From Vulcanimicrobiota bacterium (GTDB lineage: Bacteria; Vulcanimicrobiota; Vulcanimicrobiia; Vulcanimicrobiales; Vulcanimicrobiaceae): 64,000 bases of DNA. The notes beneath the pieces were generated by a model. That model did not search any database, was not told where the DNA came from, and saw only the letters and a list, made by a program, of their open reading frames with translations. This document shows positions 10,665-19,722 of the stretch, one piece after another (positions within the stretch are counted from its first letter, which is position 1; every line of letters starts with the position of its first letter). The stretch covers positions 544,001-608,000 of the forward strand of contig CAWCIZ010000001.1 of assembly GCA_963795855.1 (NCBI GenBank), in the 5' to 3' direction. The translations under genes and the position numbers were made by a program.

Positions 10665-10699
10665 GAGTCTCCTCTTCGTTGGGTGCTCTCTACCTAGCC

Positions 10700-10726
10700 G
10701 TCGAACGGAACGGCACGAAATCGACA
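10700..10726 (-). promoter_or_regulatory. ECF42-type promoter (TGTCGA-N17-CGAC)
   Basis: Minus strand reads TGTCGAtttcgtgccgttccgttCGAC just upstream of a DGPF gene, the known target class of ECF42. Confidence 0.6.
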
Positions 10727-10963
10727 TCGCCGGGAAAATGGGCCACCAACTTCCGCCTTTAGCGGCATAATTCCTGGCCTCAATCGCGTCACTCCAGACG
10801 CGAACACTCTAGAGGCGCGCCACCTCAATCCTTTCAATTGATCGCGGCAGCCTACGCAACCGCTTGTCGTCATATTGTTGAAGTAACGCGGTCTTTGCGG
10901 CGCCTCCCTTGCCGACGAATAGCCGCCACGCTGGCATTCCGCCAATAGTTGGCGTTTCAGTGG

Positions 10964-11377
10964 CTAGTGATTGCCTGCCAATTGCATTCGGATGACGCCT
11001 TCGTTCCATTCGCCCCAGCGCTCGATGATCCGTCCGTCCGCACAACGCACGATCTCGATCCCCTCAAAAAATACGCTCTTTCCCGTAGGCCCGTGCCCAA
11101 AGAAAACATCGCTGTGCGTTCCGGTCGCATGCCATCGGATCGCACTAAACTGCTCGTGATCATCAATGACCAACGCATCGATTTCCGCGCAAAAATCTGG
11201 AAAGCAGCGATAAAGATCGGTTAATCCGGATTGAAAGTCCGTTCGCCCTGCAGCACGCGATGCGGAAGAGCGATCGACAAAACGTGGGTCGTGTAATTCG
11301 TCGAAGCATGAAGGGTCGCCGCCACGCCACAACGCCATCCAGCGCTGTGCAAGATGGCTGATCTCTTCTCGCGTCAT
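10964..11377 (-). CDS. SnoaL-like ester cyclase family protein
   Basis: FPDF...RWHATGTH...PTGKSVFFEGIEI...DGRIIERW. Confidence 0.85.
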   Translation of the reverse strand: MTREEISHLAQRWMALWRGGDPSCFDELHDPRFVDRSSASRAAGRTDFQSGLTDLYRCFPDFCAEIDALVIDDHEQFSAIRWHATGTHSDVFFGHGPTGKSVFFEGIEIVRCADGRIIERWGEWNEGVIRMQLAGNH

Positions 11378-11641
11378 CCTTATAGCAGCGCGGCGTCCCT
11401 TCGAAATATTTTTGCCTGGCTTACTCATGCAAACCGCGCCCTCTTTACGCTTGCCGCGGCGACGCCTCCGTGCACAAGCGGCGCGCCGGCGTTTTCGATT
11501 TGTTTCTAATGGCGCTCCAGCATCCTAGTGTCCCGCCGCAGGTTTGGAATTCCAACCCCCCAGATTCTATATCACTTTCACGGCACGATGACTGACGGCC
11601 GTATTTGCTCGTGGTTACGCAGTACCGGTAATACCGCGGCG

Positions 11642-12745
11642 TCATCGTGTTACGTTTGGCGATGTTAATGACGCCGTTTCAATTTCGCCTTTGGATTGCT
11701 GCGACTTCAGGGATGCCATGTCGATCGAGAAGCGGTATTTCACATCGGATTTGAGCAAACGCTCGTAGGCGTTGTTGAGATCGTGAATCGCTATGACTTC
11801 GACGTCCGACGTGATGTTGTGCGCGCCGCAAAAATCGAGCATTTCCTGCGTTTCAGCGATACCGCCGATGTTCGATCCCGAGAGACTGCGCCGTCCAGGG
11901 ATGAGGCTAAACGCTGAAACGCTGAGCGGCTCCGGAGGGGCGCCCACCAAGGTGACGTTCCCGTTCGGCGCAAGGAGGTCTAGATACGCATCGATGTCGT
12001 GGCGTGCGGAGACGGTGTCCAGAATGAAGTCGAAGGTACCGGCGTGTTGTTGCATCTCGGTCTCATTGCGTGAGATCACGACTTCGTGCGCGCCAAGGCG
12101 TAGCGCGTCTTCCTGTTTGCTCGGCGAGGTGGTAAAGACGACAACGTGGGCTCCGAACGCGCGTGCAAACTTCACCCCCATGTGACCGAGACCGCCGAGC
12201 CCGACGATACCGACTTTCTTGCCTTGCCCAACGCCCCAATGACGCATCGGCGAGTACGTGGTGATTCCCGCGCACAAAAGTGGTGCAGCACCGGCCAAAT
12301 CGAGATTTGACGGAATGCGCAGCACAAAGCGTTCGTCGACGACGACGCTGTCGGAGTAGCCTCCGTACGTAACGCCGCCGAGGTGCCGGTCGGGAGAGTT
12401 GTACGTCAGAACCTGATTCGGACAATTGTTTTCGTAGCCGGCTTTGCATTGCTTGCAGGTTCCGTCGGAATCCACAAGGCAGCCTATGCCCACGAGATCA
12501 CCGCGCTTGAATTTCGTTACCGCCGTGCCGACGTTTGTGGCGCGTCCCACGATCTCGTGGCCGGGAACGATCGGGTAGACCGTGCCGCCCCATTCATCGC
12601 GCACCATATGCAGATCGGAATGGCAGATTCCGCAAAAGAGAATTTCAATCTGCACATCCGCCTGGGAAACATCCCGACGTGGTATGGTCGTCACCTCAAG
12701 CGGTGACGATCTGCTGTTCGCTGCGTATGCCTTTGCTTTATGCAT
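11642..12745 (-). CDS. Zn-dependent NAD(P) alcohol dehydrogenase (cinnamyl-ADH/YahK type)
   Basis: CGICHSD, GHEIVG, CxxCxxxxxxxC, GLGGLG, DVKYRF. Confidence 0.95.
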   Translation of the reverse strand: MHKAKAYAANSRSSPLEVTTIPRRDVSQADVQIEILFCGICHSDLHMVRDEWGGTVYPIVPGHEIVGRATNVGTAVTKFKRGDLVGIGCLVDSDGTCKQCKAGYENNCPNQVLTYNSPDRHLGGVTYGGYSDSVVVDERFVLRIPSNLDLAGAAPLLCAGITTYSPMRHWGVGQGKKVGIVGLGGLGHMGVKFARAFGAHVVVFTTSPSKQEDALRLGAHEVVISRNETEMQQHAGTFDFILDTVSARHDIDAYLDLLAPNGNVTLVGAPPEPLSVSAFSLIPGRRSLSGSNIGGIAETQEMLDFCGAHNITSDVEVIAIHDLNNAYERLLKSDVKYRFSIDMASLKSQQSKGEIETASLTSPNVTR

Positions 12746-12753
12746 TTTCCAGA

Positions 12754-13152
12754 CTATGCTCCTCTATATTGTTCGTCGCTAACTTTCTCGAGCCACGTAG
12801 CGGATTTGCCATCGAGTTTCTCGACGATCGCGATATGCGTCATTGCGGTCGTCGGCGCCGCACCGTGCCAATGCTTTTCGTCAGGCTCGATCCACACAAC
12901 GTCGCCGGGCCGAATCTCTTCGATCGTCGCACCCCATCGCTGAACCCGGCCGCAGCCGGCCGTAACAATTAGCGTCTGCCCAAGTGGATGGGTGTGCCAA
13001 TCGGTACGGGCGCTTGGCTCGAAGGTGACGTAGCCGGCCCATACGCGCGCCGGATCGACAGCGTCGATGAGGGGATCGATTCGGACTGAGCCCGTGAATG
13101 TTTGAGCGGGCCCCGCAGCGGACGCCTGAGAACCTGCGCGTTTAATGTCCAT
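12754..13152 (-). CDS. Cupin domain protein
   Basis: FTGSVRID...[10 protein letters not shown]...KHWHGA; start trimmed to MDIKR. Confidence 0.9.
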   Translation of the reverse strand: MDIKRAGSQASAAGPAQTFTGSVRIDPLIDAVDPARVWAGYVTFEPSARTDWHTHPLGQTLIVTAGCGRVQRWGATIEEIRPGDVVWIEPDEKHWHGAAPTTAMTHIAIVEKLDGKSATWLEKVSDEQYRGA

Positions 13153-13358
13153 AAAACGAACCTTACTCCAACGCAGAGGCGCGAGGGAAGATGCGACTGA
13201 TAAGGGCCGCCCCGAATGGCGGCCGCTGGAATCGTTCGCAAGCGTCCCATCACACACGACAACGAGGTAAAAGACGAATCCGCGTGCCGTCGAGTACTTC
13301 AATGGTTCGATCTGCCAAGATCGCCGCATCGGTAATGAATGCGGCCTCACGCTAAGCG

Positions 13359-13412
13359 TCACGTTTTCGTCAGGCTCATCGCCAGAAAATACACTATAAT
13401 TGGTTTCGGCAT
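13359..13412 (-). CDS. Candidate 17-aa peptide [17 protein letters not shown]
   Basis: GGAGG 4 nt upstream of the ATG; divergent from the HTH-TPR regulator; could instead be the frameshifted start of a longer ORF. Confidence 0.4.
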   Translation of the reverse strand: MPKPIIVYFLAMSLTKT

Positions 13413-13434
13413 GGTTCCTCCACAACCACGCCCA

Positions 13435-13474
13435 TGACACAAGAGCCGGTTCAACCGAACCGGCTCTTGTGTCA
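13435..13474. repeat. Perfect 18-bp inverted repeat with a 4-nt loop
   Basis: TGACACAAGAGCCGGTTC-aacc-GAACCGGCTCTTGTGTCA. Confidence 0.95.
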
Positions 13475-13488
13475 GGTTTAGGTCAGGT
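13471..13488. promoter_or_regulatory. Direct repeat GTCAGGT-N4-GTCAGGT, candidate operator, copy 1
   Basis: GTCAGGTttagGTCAGGT; same motif recurs at 19457. Confidence 0.55.
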
Positions 13489-13539
13489 GAGGGCGCGTTT
13501 GTGCTAGGTTTTGGGCGCACCGGCAGATAACCTGAGTCC

Positions 13540-15010
13540 ATGTCGCCAGACTTAATGCGCTCCCGCTTACGCGATCTGCGCAAACGCCGCGGGCGGTTCG
13601 GTTCTCCGGCAAACGCAGAGGCAGAAATTGCACGCCTTCTTTCGCGTTTGGTTCCCGGAAGTTTGGAACGAAAAGCCTTCCAACTTTCTGAGGTGAGTTG
13701 CCTGCCGTTCAAGGGCGTTGCCGACGCTTTGGGCGTATCGGAGCGGCACTTATATCGTATTCGTGTGAGGCTGTTCGAGCAATTGGCCTTGGAAGAGGAG
13801 GCGGTTTCCGTTCACACTGTGATTTCCGGAGAAGAACAGTGTATTGAACTGGCGCGTGTTCTAGTCTGCTACGGCCATCCTGCTCGCGCTTTCGAAATCA
13901 CCGACCGTTTGCTGGATACCGAAATGCCTGCCGCCCAGGCGGTCGAAGCACTGGCGACTCGCGCGAATGCGCTGAGCGGCCAGGAACGATACGATGATGC
14001 GCGAGCATCGCTTGAGGAAGCACGCTCGCTGCTCCATCGCCTTGACGATCGTGCAGCCGACAATGCTCGACGGCGTATTACTATGGCCGAGGCGTACGTG
14101 CCGTATCGAGACGGTTTATCCGACGTCGCGATCGATTTGAGCGAACGTGCCGTTCAGACCTACGTTCCGAAAGACCAACTCGAAGCGCGTGAGTATGCGC
14201 GCAATTTGATATTCTTGGCGATTCAGCACGAAGAGGCTCATAACCCAAGACGCGGATTGGAATGTTTGGCCAAGGCGTACGCCGTCCTTACCCGGTTGCC
14301 GGTTCCACCCTCAGCGGAGCTCGCGCAAATTTTGGTGCACCGCGCGTTGTTGCGGCTCTGCCGTTCCCGATGAAGCCGCGAACGCGCGCTGCGACGCTGA
14401 GGAAGCGCTGCGCATGGCTCAGTGGCACGGACTGCGTTACGAGGAAGTCTGGTCGCTGCTCGTTCTGGCGTGCCTCGCGGATATGGCCGGCAAGCCGCGC
14501 GCGGCGCTTCCAATGGTCGAGCGCGCGGTCGAACTTGCAGCCGCTTCACTCAGCGGAGATCCGTTCATCCGAACTCTTTTCATTACGGCTAGAATCGAAG
14601 GAGCGTGCGGGCTAGGTGAACGCGCTCTCGAGCGTTTGGAGCGCGCGCGTCCGTTAGCAGAAAACCATGGGCTTCTTCGCGGAATCCTCGAGGTGGCAGA
14701 GGCGCGTGCGCGGCGCCAACGCGGCGAGGTCCCCGAAACGATCACGTCGGCTACGCGCGCCATCGATGCGTTGGAGGGCCGCGCCAGAACCCATTATCTG
14801 GGCATTCCATACTTGGCGCGAGCGATTGCGCACGAAAAAATCGGAGTGCAAAACATCGACGACATCGATCGGGCGCTGTATTATCTGGACTGCGGCGGCT
14901 CGTTATTTGACAAAGCCCGCGCGCTCGAGTTGTCGTACACTGCCACGAAGAACCGCCGCCACCTCGAAGCGGCGCGCGAACTTCGGCTTACGGCGCGCGA
15001 CATCGCTTAA
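13540..15010 (+). CDS. HTH + TPR-like helical repeat transcriptional regulator (about 490 aa), frameshift near 14356
   Basis: FKGVADALGVSERHLYRIR HTH followed by Ala/Leu/Glu/Arg-rich helical repeats; ORFs 13540..14373 and 14414..15010 join after removing 1 nt. Confidence 0.7.
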
Positions 15011-15099
15011 CGAGGGGCGCTCGACTGTCATTGCGGCTCGATGGCTGCTTGCGAGTGCGTGCGTAAATATGTTCTCCTGAAGCGCCGTCCTTTCAGCGT

Positions 15100-15534
15100 T
15101 TAGCGCGTCGTAAACGAACCCAGCGCAAACGTCTGATGACACGCCGTGTCCGTAACGTTGACCGTGTATGTGGTCGACGACGCGAGCGATGGAATTCCCG
15201 AAATAAAGGGCATGTCGCCACTTGGGACGGGCTCCGCCCCCGGCGGGTTCGTCGGGCTTGGCGAGGGTGGGAGCCAAGCCGGGCCGGTAACGGTAATGTT
15301 CCCCGCAGCGGTAAGCGCCGGTCCGGTGAACTGCGAGGACGGGTTTGACGGATAACCGACCCAGACGTCGAGATTGCCGTCCGGTTGTTCGGTGGACGAT
15401 GGCGCCGGATACAAAAGTGCCGGTCGCTGCACGTTTTGGCATGCGCCGGTCATGAGTGTTGTCGTGCCGGCTCCGCCGCATGCAGTTACTGCGGCCAGAC
15501 CGGCAATGGTGATTAGAATTATGCGTGCATTCAT
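15100..15534 (-). CDS. Lipoprotein with Ig-like domain, paralog of 8459..8905
   Basis: Lipobox VTAC; LYPAPSST..PD, LASSTTYTV, GSFTTR. Confidence 0.7.
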   Translation of the reverse strand: MNARIILITIAGLAAVTACGGAGTTTLMTGACQNVQRPALLYPAPSSTEQPDGNLDVWVGYPSNPSSQFTGPALTAAGNITVTGPAWLPPSPSPTNPPGAEPVPSGDMPFISGIPSLASSTTYTVNVTDTACHQTFALGSFTTR

Positions 15535-15593
15535 GTGAGCCCCAAGCAGGGCGGGCGGAGCGAACCATTATCTGGTGCGCTCCGCTTTGCGTT

Positions 15594-18500
15594 CTAGAGT
15601 CTTACCTGCGCCTGCAGATACAAGTTGAAGGGAAAGAATCCGCCGATCGTGTTGTTCGCTTTCGGCTGGTACGATTCGCAGCTGCCAGGGCTGAACCGTA
15701 ACGCCGTTAGCGGCCGTATCCGTCGGTGACGTGCCATTATACATGTTTGATACGTACGAGCCGCTGTATCCCAGAGAGGACGGCTGATAGCCACAGACCG
15801 TGCTGCTCGGTTTGTAGGCTGCCGTTGTCCACGGTTCGCTGGAGCCGCCGAAGCACGTATGCCATACGTTCGTCGCGGTTAGCATAAGCGAAATCTTTGG
15901 ACTGACGTCGTACGTAAGCTGCATGTTGAGTATCGCGTTGTTCGGTTCGGTGAACCGTCCGATGCTCGCAAACGTGCCGGTTTGCGGGTTTGGAATGTAC
16001 AAGAAGCCGAACTCCGGGGCAGCGCCGGCGCCGACGAACTGCGTGTAATCGCACGCCAGTGGATTTGTTTTCGGCGAAAGCGCCGTAATTCCGGTCGTGC
16101 CTTGATTGGCGGCGCAAGTGCGCGGATCCAAGCCGATCACGTCCAGGGGTGCGCCATATGGCGCGCCGGCTTGCAACTGTAAACTGGGTGTTATCGAGAA
16201 CTTCTGATGACGGTAATTCAACACCAAGTTCAGCACATACGGCGAGTTGTAATACACCGGATCGGTGTTGACTCCCGGCTCGAGCGTATACAGGCCTTGC
16301 GGATACCAGCCGTTTGGATCGAAGTGCGCTTGCGGGGCACTATTGTAGTAGGGATTCAGAATACTCGACGCCGCGCACGAGCCATCGGGTGTTCCTCCCG
16401 TCCCAGTATTCGGATCGAACGCAGTATAACATGGGGCGCCTCCACCCGACTTCGTGAGCGCGTTGTAATTGTCGATTGCGGTGTTCACCACCGTCCGCAC
16501 TTGATTTTGACCAAGGAGATCCTGGTACTGCACTTGCGATTGCGTCCACGTGAACGAGAGAAGCCCGGACAGTCCGTCTCGATTGAAATCGCCGACGTTA
16601 ACTTGCGTTTCGACGCCGTAATTGCGTGCTTTCCCCACGGGAACCTGAGTGACGAACCCCTGGCCGATAAGTTGCTGCTGCTCCCAGTTCGACGTCTGTT
16701 GGTAGAACGGCGAGATCTTGAACGAGAGCGCAGTTCCGTGGATGCGGTGCTCGAGGGAGAAGTCATATTGACCAGACGTCTGCACAGCAATCGGATGGAA
16801 CGGCGAGAAGAACCCCAAGTTCATGAAGCCGCCCCACAGATTCACGCCGCTGCCGCCGGCGTACAGGTAGTTGACCGCCGCGGAAAGCGGCGGCTCGGCA
16901 TAACGGCCTGCGGAAAAACGCAGGACCGTATCGGGACTCAGCGTGTAGGTGCCGGACAAGCGTGGTTCCCACGTCGCCGGAGCATACGTGGAGGGGTAAC
17001 TCAGCGTCCACAACGGCGCATTGATGCCGTTCTGCGCTTTGCCGTTGGGATGTACGTAGCCCGCGCTCAATCCATTCGGAAGGGCGGTCGCGCAGTCGCC
17101 GCTCGTGAGGATCGCCGCCGGCGGCGCCGGTTGCCCGGGCGCTAGCGGCGCGACAAGCGTCGACTGCGTTGCCGGGTTGAAGCAGGTGTAGTTCTGCACG
17201 ATTTGAGCGTAGAACGGATTTTGCGCCGTGTCGGCGTTCGGCATGTTGTACGCAAAGCGATCCCACCGAAGGCTCGCGTTGATATTCCAGCGGTCACTCG
17301 GCCGCCACTGATCTGCGATAGACGTCGAAATGAAGTTCGGCTTCACGATATTAAACGTGCCGGAAGTGTTGCCGTTCCACAACGTCGCCCAATATGCGCC
17401 TGCGTCCGCCGCGGGCGAACCGCCGGCGGCAAATCCCGTCGGTCCTTCTGCGGCCGTGCTCTTGTACGCGCTTGAACCGGCGCCCGCACATGGTGCTTCA
17501 CTGCCGCTCGAGGGATCCCAGCAATGGTACATACCTGAGGCATCACGCGAGATGTAGCCGATTGGCGACGTGCCGTTCAAATAGCCGGTGTTGTTGAAGC
17601 GCGTCACGCCGGCGCTGGTGTCGTTGACGGTGAACTGCAGCAGATGCTTATCCGTGATTTGGTTATAGTATTGAAATTCGCCGCCCACGGTGTGGGTGAT
17701 TAAGTCGTAATTCGGCGCCACGCCGGTCGCCGGATACTCATTTGGCGGGTTAGCCGCCCCTTCAATCGCGCCGGCTTGCGTCCAATCGGAATAAAACGTA
17801 TAGCCGTAAACGCGCGCGAAGGACCGGCTATCGAATGGATGCGTCCATTGCAGCTTTACCACACCGGTATCGTTGTGGTAGGCATCCTCGAGATCGTTTG
17901 GAATCGGCGCGCCTGGAGGACGGTTCGAAGGTGAATGCGGCTGGTAGTAATGTTCCGTCGGCAGCGCCGTGCCGTTTGGTGCGATGTTTGTGCCGAACGG
18001 CAGATTATACACGACGGCATCAGTGTATGTTAGGAAATTCGGCTGGCCGCCGGTAGCCGCGCAGCCCGCATCCTTTCCACTCAACCCGCAATATGGAAAA
18101 CCCGTTGCCGCGTTGGTGAAAGCGTTGAGGCCCATGTCGTTCGGCGAAGAGTACACGTGCGTGTCAAGAGCCGATGCGCTTCCCATGAGTTGGATGTCGT
18201 CGCGCTGCCCGTTCCGGCGCGGAATTCCGAAGTGCAGATTAGCGACGTTTTCCCGGTCGGCAATCGAATTAGTGGCTGCGAGCAAACCGGAGTACGGCGC
18301 TAGGCAAAACGGCGCAAGGGGGCTGGGCGAAACACCGGTCAGCGGGTCGCAAATCGCCTCAAGCCCGAAGCTCGTGAAGCTCGAGCGCAAGTATCCGTAC
18401 GTTGCGTAAGCAGACCCTGGAGACATGAGGCTTGCGCCGTTGCTTTGGTCGATATACCGGAAGGCTTGATTGTAGCCGCCGATGCCGACGTAATAGCTGA

Positions 18501-19356
18501 AATTACGGTTTGGAGTTGCGCCGCCGGCTTCAGCGCGCGCGGAATGGTAAAACGCTTCCGCTGCAACTCCGCCCGTAAGTAATCCATAGCCGGGATACGT
18601 TCCGGTTTTCATGACTTGGTTGATAAATCCCGACGTGCCGCTGGAGGAGATACTTGTCGGGCCGCCGCCCGTGTAAACCTGGAGTTCTTGCAGACCGAGA
18701 TTCGATGCGGTCGACGCGGTGTAGTTATCGAAGGCGCGATTTACCGGAATGCCGTCGTACTCAAAGCCCGTAAACCATGGATTGTTGCCGCGAACGACCA
18801 CGGCCTGATTCCAACCGGCTCCGCCTGTTCCAACCACCAGCCCCGGCACCGATGCAATCGCTGAGTAGGCGCTATCGAGATTTCCCCCGCCGCCCAACGC
18901 CGCGGATTTTTGCATCTGGGCTGTATCGACATTATAAATGTCGCCTCCTACGCTCGATTTTACGAGACTCGAGGCAGCTTGCGTGCGCACCGCGGCAATC
19001 GTTCTGAGCAGTTTCGGCATCGTTACGGACACCGTTTGCACTTGATCGGCGAAGACCGTAATGCCGGCGATCGATATATCCTGGTACTCGTCTTTGCTTG
19101 AGGAAATGCTGTACGTGTCGGGCGCTAATGATAGAAACGCGAAATGCCCGGCCGCGTCTGTCGACGATGACGTGACTTCGGAGGGCGAGCTTACCGTGAC
19201 ACGTGCATTAGCAATTGGCGTTCCGTCCGACGCGCGCACGTAGCCGTTGATTCCGCCCGTTGTGCCCGCCAGTGCCCAAGTTTCCTGGCTGAACATCGCG
19301 GTTAGAATCAACAAAGCAACGATGCAGCGGCGGAGGAACGATGCGTATGTCGTCAT
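15594..19356 (-). CDS. TonB-dependent receptor with N-terminal carboxypeptidase-regulatory-like domain, frameshift near 15680
   Basis: Signal peptide; GINGYVRASDGTPIANARVT; plug VVVRG...YDGIPVN...SGFINQV; EPRLSGTY; barrel C-terminus FNLYLQAQVRL in the shifted frame. Confidence 0.85.
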
Positions 19357-19456
19357 GTGTCCTCTCTTACTAGCATTGCTGCGCCGTGAATCCGCGCGGT
19401 GCGCGGAAACCGGCTCATCGAATTCTAAGTCATTGGCGCGCGGTCGCACTTGCCAA

Positions 19457-19474
19457 GTCAGGTTTCTGTCAGGT
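19457..19474. promoter_or_regulatory. Direct repeat GTCAGGT-N4-GTCAGGT, candidate operator, copy 2
   Basis: GTCAGGTttctGTCAGGT about 100 bp upstream of the receptor start. Confidence 0.55.
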
Positions 19475-19524
19475 CGCACGTCCGACGCGCGTACTACGTA
19501 ATGCGCGTAAAGAGTGCCGGCGAT

Positions 19525-19556
19525 AAAAAAAAAGGGACGGTGTACGTCCCCTTTTC
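19525..19556 (-). terminator. Intrinsic terminator, possibly bidirectional
   Basis: GGGACG-loop-CGTCCC hairpin with an A-run on the left and a T-run on the right. Confidence 0.7.
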
Positions 19557-19596
19557 CTGGCTTATGCCTATTCCGGAACGTCGTGGCTTTTTGAAT

Positions 19597-19628
19597 AAAA
19601 AGGGCTACCCCGAGAGGCAGCCCTAAAA
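19597..19628 (-). terminator. Intrinsic terminator
   Basis: Minus strand AGGGCTGCCTCTCGGGGTAGCCCTTTTT. Confidence 0.75.
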
Positions 19629-19722
19629 TCTCTCACGGCGAACTCCTCAGCATTTACTGGTAGGACCGCGCGTATTTGATTGCCGCGAATTTCTCCAATC
19701 CGGACGGCCGGCGCGCGTGTTT

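Noticed and set aside
11525..11565. Possible tRNA 3' remnant or att site (ggttggaattcc...)
   Set aside because: No proper TTC T-loop or acceptor stem, and no match to the tRNAs in the window.
19357..19525. Cobalamin or other riboswitch upstream of the TonB receptor or nrdJ
   Set aside because: No B12-box or other riboswitch core recognised by eye. An Infernal search would be needed to exclude it fully.
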